A stretch of DNA of 64,000 nt, taken from assembly GCF_035084215.1 (NCBI RefSeq), contig NC_090335.1:24118001-24182000 (forward strand), written 5' to 3'. Below, piece after piece: positions 51,432 to 62,630 of the stretch (the first letter of the stretch is position 1; each line of letters begins with the position of its first letter). The notes under the pieces are model-generated. The model did not search any database. It was not told the DNA's origin and saw only the letters and a program-made list of their open reading frames with translations. This DNA is from Heptranchias perlo (lineage: Eukaryota). A program made the translations under genes and the position numbers.

Positions 51432-53449
51432 GTAGGGCTGGCTTTCCCTGTCACCAAGGAGAAGGTGATTGTCGTGTGCGCCTCAATGCATTCTGTCTCT
51501 CACTACCTCTCTTCCTTTGCACGTGTCCTGAAAACCTCTGAATGGAAATAGACTTGGTGCTGTAGAAGAGCAGAGGGATTTGGGGGTACAGGTTCACAAG
51601 ACATTAAAAGCAGGTTGATGAGGCTGTAAAAAAAACGAATTAAATTATAAGTTTTATCACAAGATTTATAATGATGAGCCTATATAAAATTTTAATAAGA
51701 CCTCAATTAGATTGTGTGCAGTATTGGGCTCTACACTATAGGGTGGGTTCTGAGGCTTTAGATTGGGTACAATGCAGATTCATGAGGATGCTGCCTGGTA
51801 TGAGGAAATACAAATATGAAGAAAGATTTGAAAAAATTGGGTCTTTATTGGTCTGGCAATATTTCTCCATTTAGCAGTTAATAGTTCAGCGTGGGCATGC
51901 AAACCTGCATACAGATGCAAATTTCAGTTCACAGAGACACGGCCTGCTTATAGAAACTGACATCCAGACACCAACATAGAGAAAGGTCCTGGGAATAAAA
52001 AGTCCAAACCAGAACAATATCTACAGATATTTTTAGATCTTTCCTACATCACAACAGTGACTACACTTCAAAAATACTTCATTGGCTGCAAACCATTTTG
52101 GGACGACCTGAAGTCATGAAAGACCCAATATAAATGCAAGTCTTTCTTTTCTATGTGATAAAACCACAATCTATTTTAATGAACATACCAAGTCCACACG
52201 TGATTAATATTTAATGTAAATACAAAAATCCTTTCAACTTTCCCTTGTAAAGTGATGGATAGCTGTTGAAAGCCCTATATAAAATATGTCTGTTTAGTAA
52301 TCTGTTTACTTTAGGTGCCCACATTGTTCATCTTGCACTGAACAACTGTGGTTTTAGTGTACCCAGAAATTTCAATTGGAAATTTAAATATTTCTACTAC
52401 CCACCCTCCAAAAAAATCAATAGTATCTAACTGCATAATCTCCAGTCTTACATTTTAATTATGACTTATTAAACATTTTGAACATCCTTCCCTGCTGCCA
52501 GCCCTTTGATCACTGACTCTGTTTCATTTCTATTCCCCTTTCCCTTTTTGTATTAATATCAGATTTCTGGAGAGTCAGAAGCCTGTAAACTTCAAACAAA
52601 AACATATCTGATCAGGCAACTTCTCCAGTTATTGATCTGCCCAAAAAATAGATGTTGCCCAGTTGAATTACTATTATAATATTTTTACTAATTGCCCAAT
52701 ATATCTTTTTAAAAAATTGATGAGGCTAATTTCTCTGGAAAACATCTCAAGGACATTTCATAGTAAATTTGGACAAGTTATTCTAGTCTCATGTATTACA
52801 TTGTGTAGTCAGTGAGGCTACATTTGGAGTACTGTAAGCTAAATATTCAAGCCTGATTTGGGCATGAAATTAGTATAATGTGGGTGGGGGACAAAATTGG
52901 GGAGGCCCCGTTTTTGCCACATTTCTCCCCCTTTCTGGCCAGAATTCCAACGGAGGGGGACTCGGTGCTTCCTCTGCTCATGCCTCCTCTCTTGGGATGT
53001 CACAGTTGGAGGTGGGGTTGGTGGGATGCCATGCTCCTCAAGAAATCCCACCCATTCCACCGAGCATACCTTGCACGAAACAGTTGTGCTTACCTTAAAA
53101 TGGCTGTAAGTCAGACTTATGGCTCTAAGTTATGAAGAGGCCCTCTCAGAACTGAACTTGTTTTCATTGGAAAAAAAGAAAGTGAGAGGACATAATCTGG
53201 TTTTTAAAATGCTGACGGGGCGGAAAATATAGCAGACTATGAGCGAGGCTTCAGATTGTAAGGAACATTTTCCCACAGATTAATGGATTTGTGGAGTAGA
53301 CTACCAGCTAAATAAATTACTATTCTACTTAAATTAATATTTAGTTAGGAATGGTTTTGAGAGTCTTGCCAATGAGTATGAATGAGATTGCCAACTGAAA
53401 ATATGAAAAGGAAGGCTAATTTATCAAGGATGAATAATATTGAATGTAT

Positions 53450-53916
53450 GCTAGTGTAGTGGTTATGTTACTGGACTAGTAATCCAGAGAACATGAGTGC
53501 AAATCCCACCATGGCAGTTTGAGAATTTGAGTTTTGTTTTTTAATAAAATCTAGAAATAAAAAGCTGGTATTAGTAAAAGTGACCATGATGCTGAAGGAT
53601 TGTCGTAAAAACCCAACTGGTTCACTCATGTCCTTTATGGAAGGAAACCTGCCATCCTTAGACCATCTGGCCTATATCCAGTCCCCACACCAACGCAGTT
53701 GACTCATAACTGCCCTCTGAAGTGGCCTAGCAAGTCACTTAGTTGCATCAAACCGCTACAAAGAATAACTCCCTACCTAACAGCATTGTGGGAGCACCTT
53801 CACCACATGTAATGCAGTGGATCAAGATGGTTCACCATCACCTTCTCAAGGCAACTAGGGAAAGTCAATAAATGCCAGCCTTTCCAGCAACACCCATCCC
53901 GAGAATGAATAAAAAA
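53450..53916 (+). mobile_element. tRNA-derived SINE with LINE-derived tail
   Basis: tRNA-like head (TAGTGTAGTGG..GAGTGCAAATCCC); the 3' ~150 nt match the LINE tail at 16505-16660. Confidence 0.75.
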
Positions 53917-54841
53917 CGGTTAGATGGGTATTCTGGACTTTTGCTTGATTGCCCTTTGGCGGGTGAGGAGAAACTCTGAAGAATTATCTGCACATTAAAA
54001 TAGAATGCATCACAGCGCAGATTGTATGCGATTTAGGGAGAAATGGGCTCGATGGAGTGAATGACCCTTTCTTGTTGCATATAGTGTTACAATAAGGCGT
54101 GAGTGCTAGCAGCCTATTTGACTATGTAGGCATCACAGCCAAGCCTAATGCAGCATCCGCATGCAGCATCCACACTATGCACATCCCAGTAAGGGTCATC
54201 AGCAGTGATCAGGATTCAGCGGGAACCCGAACTGAATTTCTTCTTTCCTGGGTCAGGAGTACCGAAGCTAACTGGAAAATGTCAATTTTCAGACTTTTAT
54301 TTATAGGCGAAACAGTATCTTGTATTAGGAACGAGATTTTGGAGGAACGGCCTATACTTTAAAACTAAGTTGTTATGAGGATGAAGTTATCTTTAAAAAT
54401 TAGCCGATGTTATAAATAGCAAATCGTTCTTTCCACCTGTGACACACTATTCTCTAAGCTCACACTGTTGTCACCATTAAGTCAGCCCAGATCGGAAGTC
54501 AAATCTGGGAGCTTTTACTCTGTATGGTCTGGTCCCACAAAAAGCAGAGCCACTGGGGGCACCCACCCTCAATTTTCATTGCTATTATATGGGTGAATTG
54601 ATAAAATTTAATTTGTGCCGTGAGGTAGATGACAATGGAATTTTTTGCACGGTAAACTAAACAGAAATTGTGTTGGAGATTGGGCTTCTCCTTTTAGCTG
54701 ACGTAGATTAACAACAAGGTTTTAGTTTCTATTTAAGTCAAAGTTCCTAATCACAAATGTGAGACTGATACGTTGTGAATGCTGGGTTTTCTTCATCATA
54801 CTTAAAGCAGGTCAACCTCGAGCTGCCTGCCTGACATTAAA

Positions 54842-55444
54842 GGGTCAAATTTAACCTGGAGCAGGTTTTGGGCAGGCGGGTTTTGGGCAGGGGGGGGGGG
54901 GGTGCGTTGAGTGGGTAAAATATTGGGCTATTTTAACTCCCAGGCCTCATTTAGATGCTGCCAGTCCACTTCCTGCCATGAACGGGCGTGAAGACGGGGC
55001 AGAGCGGCTGTCGGCAGGTAAAGATCAGGCAGTCCTTGGCCGCCCGCCGGCTTCCAGGTAAGTGGCAAACAGGGGGTTTTGGGAGGGTCTCACGGGAGGG
55101 GAGGGGGTGGAGTGAGGCAGGGGAAGCACTTCTGCTCCTCCTCGCCCCACAAAGGGAGGTTTTACCAGAAGGGCCTCTTCTGCCTTCAGGCCTACTGGGA
55201 AAGCCACAGCAGCTCAGGCCCCGGTTAAAATTGCATCAGGGTCCTATTGATGTCATAGCACCCCAATTTGGATAGATTTATGAGGCTCCCGCCTGCTTTA
55301 GGAGGGCACCTCATTCGCCTGCAAAACCCTGCAGGTCAACATCGCAGTCTGAAATGGCTGGGATCTGAGCAGGTAAGTAACTTGCTTGATTAGAACTATC
55401 CACCCTCCTGGTTTCCACCAGATGGGTAGGGTTAAAATCGACCC
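54842..55444. mobile_element. Non-autonomous Harbinger-type MITE
   Basis: TIR GGGTCAAATTTAACC / GGTTAAAATCGACCC (13/15); TSD not preserved. Confidence 0.65.
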
Positions 55445-55739
55445 CTGAGACTTGGATGAGCCATAACTTCCTCCAGCTCAGTGTCGATAAAACCGAAGCT
55501 GTCCCTTTGGCTTCTTCTGCGTCATAGGTTTGAATTCCATCAGTTCCCCTGGTTTCCATCTGAAGCTAAGCCCACAGATGCAAAGCCTCAGCATCCTGCA
55601 TGGCACTGGGCTCAATTTCCTTCTCCACATCCAATCTGTCACTAAAACCATCCCCAAATATTGTATTAAAATAAGTATTTATAATGCCTGAACAAAAGGA
55701 AAAATGATGCTCGCCTGATAGCTCAGGAATTTTATCCAG

Positions 55740-56000
55740 TGAGTAGCTGAACCATACAATCCAGAAACGCTTGTGTTGAGCTGACAGATCTCAGCCAACA
55801 CAGGAATAGGAGAGCTACAGTTGGCCCTCGGACAAGGCGGGGAGGGGAAATCAACAGAGTTCCTGTTCCCAATCGGTACCCTGCCATTCCTGCTGGAAGT
55901 GCACATGTGTGGATGCCGGGTGAAGATGGGTTGGCTGTGATGCTCCCATGGTTAAATAGCCTGCTGACACTCAACGTCAAAGCTCACAAATGAAGATTAG
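55740..56000 (+). mobile_element. Ancient SINE-like repeat (related pieces at ~42930-43130 and ~54100-54290 on -)
   Basis: Shared core GGAAATCA..GTTCCTG..CCTGCTGGAAGTGC..TGTGGATG..GGCTGTGATGC..AATAGCCTGCTGACACTCA. Confidence 0.55.
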
Positions 56001-57376
56001 TTGAGGTACTAGAAAGCAACTGGTGGGGAGTTAAAATCTACCCCAATGTTTTCAAGATGGAGGGGGCGAGGGACGGGAAAAAATAGCAGAAAAAGGAGAA
56101 AATTAAATTATAAAAAAGCGAAATGTAAGATCATATTCTCAGACTTTGTACATTGTGTCCCGGGCCTTTGATCATTCAAGCTGATAAAAGGAACAGATTT
56201 TTAAAAAAGAGAACAGATTGCCTCCCATTGTAATTCTTTAATTATTCTGTCAAGCAGTCCGTTCCTGCCAATGGTCTCCATTGTGATAAATAGCAGCCGG
56301 AATTCTGCATCTGCACTCAAGCCAAAATTAATCATCTGAAGCCTGGAAATAAATGGTCCTATTCAAATACTGCAAAAAAAGAGAGACTTTCATTTTACAT
56401 AACCAGAGCTTTTTAAATGGTTATGGGAACAGAACTGGTTTGAAGTCTCATTGGTTGTTTGGAGCCAATATACTATCCGCAGTGAGAAAGAATGCTAGTA
56501 GCCACAGTGCCCAAAATAAAAAAATCTGGCATGCAGCTTCCAGCAACTGTCCACAGTCTCTTTCTTGATGATTAATAACAAGCTGCTGCTCAGTATTCTC
56601 TCTGCTGTCAATTAAAAAGGGGAAAGAGAAACTGTGATGGAACGTTATAATCACTGTTCCTCAAAGCTTCTATCCACAGTAATTTTAAATGTAGTATAAC
56701 CATAGCAAAGATTCGGTCAACATCTTCCCAATTTGCCAAAAATCAGTGAGGATTTTTGGACACGAGAGCAAATAGGTTCATTTATTTATTTTCTTTCAGG
56801 TAATTTGATATGTACCTGGTGAAGCAAAGGCACCACATCAACTGGAAGAAATAGTTCAAATCCAGGGGGGCTCGAAGTGGATATTGACGACGGCAGATGT
56901 TGTAACTAATGAAACATGGCCATCAAATACCATATTCAGCAATCAGGTGGCATCACCTTTCAAGGTTTCCACAAGGAATCTAACCAGCATCAGAAGGTTT
57001 TGATGCTTTGATCCATGTAGACGCAGAATGGTCCCTTGCAGCACAAGATAGCAGCTTTGCTCTGGCATTTAGGTCCCAAGAAATCTCTGGCATTGCATGC
57101 TGCTTTAATTACTCCACAGCTCATGTTAATAGTTTCAGGTTCCACACAAAACTTCTTGATAAAGGCGAGAACCTGGTTCTCAATCATCTTGGCACTTCAA
57201 AGAATGTAGACAATGCTCTCTCTGCTGTTTGCTTTGCTATCTCTCCATGTTTATATGAGGCACCATATGATTGACAGTGAAATCACAGCCACACATTTTA
57301 GAGAATGCATATAATGGCCCTGGTTTACTGCCTATAATATAATGAAAGGAGTGAATTCCTAATCTCTTTTGATGTG

Positions 57377-57506
57377 CACACCACCTGAGGAAGGAGGAAG
57401 CCTCCGAAAGCTTGTGGGATTAAAAATAAAATTGTTGGACTATAACTTGGTGTTGTAAAATTGTTTACAATTGTCAACCCCAGTCCATCACCGGCATCTC
57501 CACATA
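57377..57506 (+). mobile_element. 130-bp hammerhead-only PLE family-A insertion (distal tail)
   Basis: TSD TTTTGATGTG at 57367-57376 and 57507-57516. Confidence 0.9.
57381..57417 (+). ncRNA. Minimal hammerhead ribozyme (family A)
   Basis: CCAC-CTGAGGA-A-GGAGG-AAG-CCTCC-GAAA-GCT-T-GTGG. Confidence 0.82.
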
Positions 57507-57885
57507 TTTTGATGTGGTGCAGTCTCAGATTGTGCTTCACGACACATACTGAGGGGATTTATTCTGTGGTGGATTTACGTGGAAATAGCACTGAAACTGT
57601 AAATGTAACTTTGACAAGGACCGGCTCAAATTTCCTTGGTATATCTTTGTTAAATGCTCTTGATGGATTCCAACACTATTAGCACCCTCGAAAGGGGTTC
57701 GGGGTGGGGGGTGGGGGGAGAGATAAAATCTAGTGATGCTGCGACAGCTGAAAGGTCCAAGACAGCCATTTTGTGTCTGTAACAATGTCAATCACTGCAA
57801 TGTCTAATGCTGATGCTTCTTCAGGGCACCGAGCCCACAAATTTAAGGGCTCTTCAGTTACGATGTCACTCTCTGTAATCTAGTG

Positions 57886-57983
57886 TAAACAATTTTACAA
57901 CACCAAGTTATAGTCCAACAATTTTATTTGAAATTCACAAGCTTTCGGAGGCTTCCTCCTTCCTCAGGTGAATGTTGTGGAAA
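57886..57983 (-). mobile_element. 98-bp hammerhead-only PLE family-A insertion (proximal end)
   Basis: TSD TCTGTAATCTAGTG at 57872-57885 and 57984-57997. Confidence 0.9.
57933..57973 (-). ncRNA. Minimal hammerhead ribozyme (family A)
   Basis: ATTCAC-CTGAGGA-A-GGAGG-AAG-CCTCC-GAAA-GCT-T-GTGAAT, with a perfect 6-bp stem I. Confidence 0.88.
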
Positions 57984-59747
57984 TCTGTAATCTAGTGAAG
58001 GAGGACCCAGCTTTTTGGGACAAGAGAATGAGGCCCATGAAGGCCTGATCCAGGCCCATAGAAGGAGGTAGCCGTGGCTGTGTGTACCACCTCCAACAAC
58101 CCCAGCAAGGCTACTCAATGCTGAAAGTTCACTGATCTCTCCAAGGTAACAGAAGGCAGTCATAACTTGCAACAATGCACTATAATAAGCTTCCTACCCA
58201 GTTGTAGCACCATCTGGAACGTACCACATATGTACAGGTACCATAATACCCTTAACACCCCCTTCCTTCTTGTGCAACTGTTCCTTTACTCACAGCTGAA
58301 CACAGAGGGAAGCAGTGGGCTGCTTACATGACAGGATATTTCATTGCCATCCTCATCCCATTAAGGAATGCTTTCTGAAACCTGAGTTTCATTTCATATG
58401 ATGGCATGCAGTTCACTCTCTCAACTTTCCTCTTGGAAATGCCCACAAATCTCCTGCAAATCATTGGCCAGCCACCTTCGAACCTCCTGCCACAATAGGA
58501 GAAGTAAGAGGCTGGGATTGAGCAGCGACACAATATCAGACACCGGGGGAAGCATGGTGGCCTTGAACAAAAGGAAGGTTATCAGATTTGTTTTCAGTGA
58601 AATCTTTTTGTCACCGATGGGATGTGTGTGGAATGCTTTGGGGCAATGGCTGCACAAAGGAATAGTGGAATGAAAGCCTTGGAATACAGCCAAATGTCAG
58701 CAATCAACTAAGTTGAGTTTGTTGCCGAAGGGGCACCGTCATCGGATTAAGTGGCACCTTTGTAGTTGACTCCTATTGCAATGTCAAATGGTTAGCTCCA
58801 TTTGCTCGATATAGGTGGCTGTCTGGGATAAGCAGGGACAGGGTAAGAGGTGGGGACTGTATAACCCTCTTTATACCACATATAATTCAAACAAAGAAAA
58901 AGAGCTGTCTCGAACTTGCTCGGGTTGTGCACCTAACTTAGAAAGCTTGCAAATGCCGACCAACAGTTTCAAAAAACTGATACAGCCTACAGAAAGCTCA
59001 AGAACAGCCCTGAATCTGGGTCTTAAAACATGCGAGGACAAGTAGTTAAACTGAAAGTGTAATGGGATATGGGCTTGTCATAACCTGAGTAGTGGGTACA
59101 CCCAACAGTCAATCACTTTTATCACAGATGTAAAACAACTGAAGTACACAAAAAATGAGGCTTGTAGCAGTAATAAATGTAGAAATCACTGAGGGTGGGG
59201 GGGAGGGGACGATTGGGAAGGGGGAGAGGAGCAGTCCTGCTCCTTGTGACTCCACAAAAAAACATTTTAGAAGCTTTGAGGCCTTTTTTTGAGTGGCCTT
59301 CAGCGGTCCCTTTGGTTAGGCTGCTCAAAACTCATGCATCACAAGCTCCAATTGGGGCACACAAATTTAGGAGTCCGGATCTGAAATGAGCAGCCGCCTA
59401 AAATAAGATCCCAACCAATTTAGCAGTGACCCAAATTCCAGTGCAGATCGGGTGCAGGCCTCTGCACTGCTAGTTTGGTTCTCATTACACCCGTTAAAGG
59501 CCCATAAAATGGCCGCAACGATGTTTAAATCTAGACCCACTTGGGCGGAACTTTCAACCTCAGCAGAGGCGAGAAATGGGAGTGATCAGATCGGCCACCC
59601 ATTATACACTCAGCCTGAATTTCCTTTCCATTGCAAGTTTTGCCGATTGTCTATAAGAGCAGGGAAGAGGCTGGGTACTTCTTGAATGAGTGGATTACCT
59701 CCTGACCCCACGAAGCCCACCATTTACAAAGTTCAAGTCAGGAAAGG

Positions 59748-60155
59748 CCAAACAGGCTGGGCTCTTTTCTTTAGAAAAGAGAGGGCTGAGAGGTGACCTA
59801 ATAAAGGCCTTTAAAATTACGAACGGGTTTGATAGGGGGCGGGGGAGACAAAGCTAGGGGCCACAAATATAAACATAAGATAGTCACCAATAAATCCAAT
59901 AGGGAATTCAGGAGAAACTTCTTTGTGCAAGGAATGGTGAGAATGTGGAACTCGTTAGTAGTTGAGGCAGTTAGCATAGATGCATTTAAGGGGAAGCTAG
60001 ATAAACACATGAGGGAGAAAGGAATAGAAGGATATGCTGATAGGGTTAAATGAAGAGGGGTGAGAGGAGGCTCGTGTGGAGCATAAACGCTGGTATAGAC
60101 CAGTTGGGCCAAATGGACTGTTTCTGTGCTGTAGAATCTATGTAATTCCGTGTAA
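59748..60155 (+). mobile_element. CR1 3' fragment (same subfamily as 6695-9352)
   Basis: NREFRRNFFVQGMVRMWNS..KGKLDKHMREKGIEGY. Confidence 0.85.
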
Positions 60156-60294
60156 TTTTATGACTGTGATGGATTGCTCACCACTCACCTGGGATATTCT
60201 CATGTGAGATTGTACACTCCTGTCATATGATCATAATCTCACTCCTGTGTGGAGTGTACTGGTAATTCCAGATATTTGCCTTGTTTTCTCTTGG

Positions 60295-60532
60295 CTAAAG
60301 AACCAGAGGTGGGAGGAGGAGAAATTTTTTCACACAGCGAGTTGTTATGATCTGGAATGCACTGGTGGTGAAAGCAGATTCAATAATAATTTTGAGAAGG
60401 GAACTGGATGAATACTTGGTAAAAATTTTCAGGGCTTTGGTGAAAGAGCAGGGGAATGAGACCAATTGAGCCAGCACAGGCATGATGGACCAAATGGCCT
60501 CCTTCTGTGCTGTATCATTGAATGATTCTATG
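60295..60532 (+). mobile_element. CR1 3' fragment
   Basis: RRNFFTQRVVMIWNAL and 3' UTR. Confidence 0.75.
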
Positions 60533-62259
60533 TATGCTGGGATAGCCCTGCTTCTGTAGGGGCTCCTGCTTTTTTCTCTGTTCAGCCAGTGAAAGCATGA
60601 GGAAAGTCTGGCAAATCTCAAACAGTGACGAGAAAGACAGAAATAGAGAAGAAGAAAAATAGGGGAAAAAAAAGGAAGTGATAGAAAAAGGATGAGAGAG
60701 AAAGAGTAAAAGGGAAACAAGCAGAAGAGGATAAAAGAGAGATGAGAAGAATATATTAATGTGCTTGGCTGTCTCTTGTGGCCCATGAAATAGATGCAGC
60801 TTGTCACTTTTAATCGTGTTTATGTTTTGGGTGTGAAGTGATACCTCAGGTATATGGCTCCTGACTGAAAATCTCACAGATGTGATATCTCCAGTGTTTC
60901 CCAGCTTTGGAGCACATGTGGAAGATACACACGTATCAAGTGTCAATGCAATTGAAGAGGAATGAAAATGATCACCCATGTCCTCCTTTACCAGTGTTAA
61001 TTCACATTTCAACTGGGCATTTGAAAGCTCAAGTATAATGTGCCATAATACTGTTACATTGTGGTGAATTTGACTGCTTATAAAATATTTACAAACATTT
61101 CATCAGGATGAATACTCACATCTCTCTGTGCAGGGATGTAAAGGTTTCATTGTGGATCTCTTGTGATTAAGTTTGCAAATTTGGTAGTGGGGTTGCAAAC
61201 CAGAGTTTTAGACAAACTCTTGCCTGAAAGTCAGAGAATGACATTATAGATACAACGCAGACAGTGCCCCAGACATCCTCAGAATAGTTATTTGGATAAC
61301 AGACGCTGGCTGATTAGTGTTCTTTTTCAAAATCTCATGCTGTGGCCAGACTTTGAATCGATTAAAAAAAAAACTAATGGCTAGAACTGAAGTAAGTGAT
61401 CTGTGATGAATGACATTCCTAAAATCATTAACCATCTGTGTGATTATCAATGTTCAACAGCAAAGGCTGTTGCTGCCCTCCTGTGGCATTTCCACAAATC
61501 ACATGCTCTATTCTTGGTCTTACTTTACCATTTCCCCTTCTTGTCAGATCCTTGTTATCTTCTCACTCATGGGACCGGATTTTCCTCTGGGAATCTGTCT
61601 GTTTTCAGGCGGAAAATATGGTGGGAGGCCTGTTGCCGAATCCCCACCCCTAAAACTGGTCGCTCACATTTTCCTCCATCACTATTGTCATCTATATTGC
61701 TCACCTGGCCACGGCCCACCCTACCACATGTAGATGATGGTGAGGGGGGAGGGGGCTGTGGGACGGGGCTTAGGACTCTGGCTGACTTTGTTCCCATCCC
61801 TAAACCACCAATGGAGGGGAAGGCCAAAAGAGAGAAGGACGGTGGATGTGGGAGGCAGGAGGAATCATTCTCGTGGACGTGGGGTATGCGATCTGGCCAC
61901 CTCTCCCTCATCTAGCCCCTCCACCTGCCTGCTTTTCTGCTGCTGGAAGCTTTCAAAGCCAGTTTAAAATACCGACGTGCACATTTTGGGAGCTCCTGTC
62001 CCATTTATATGTAGCCCCACCCACTTTAGGCATTGCTGTGAGTGCCCTGCTGCTACTCCAGCACATTTTCCTTCCCATTAGTGACAGACTCCCTTTGAAG
62101 ATGGCAGATACCGATGGACACTCACCCTGAAGTGAACTGATTCCGACCCTGGAAAACGGGTTGGCATCATGATGGGCCTGACCCACTTCTGGCAAGCGAT
62201 ACCGCCCTTAGGGAACACCCCCCCTCCCCTCCCCATAGTTTTGCGATGAGGAGATCAAT

Positions 62260-62630
62260 TAATCTACTTGGAGATGGACTCCTCCATGTTCTGCAACATT
62301 GTGGGGTGCAAGCTCTCTGGCGGGCTGCCTGGTGCACCTAGCATTTCCAAGTGTATGCCCATCAGACTTGTTCACTAGCCTGGGCCCTCGTAGTCTGCTT
62401 CTGAGTCCTCTGCAGCAGAACTAGTATGTGACCTCGCCCTCTGGCGGGCTGGCACCTGTGGCGTCCTATCCCCTTGCCCTGGCTCCTGCGCAGTTATGCC
62501 CGGTGAGCCACTACATGCAGATGCCTCCTCTAATCTAGCCTCTAAAATCTGTGCATTGACAATATCTAAGCTGGTGCTTGCGGGAGTCCTCCACTGGCTG
62601 AGGGGCGTCGACATAATCAGCAGCTGAAAT
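62260..62630 (-). mobile_element. Harbinger Myb exon-3 remnant
   Basis: LEARLEEASACSGSPG..QVPARQRARSHTSSAAEDSE matches 22900-23050. Confidence 0.8.

Noticed and set aside
56800-58700. Coding-looking stretches around the two mini-PLEs
   Set aside because: Possibly a very old transposase remnant, but no motif could be assigned with confidence.
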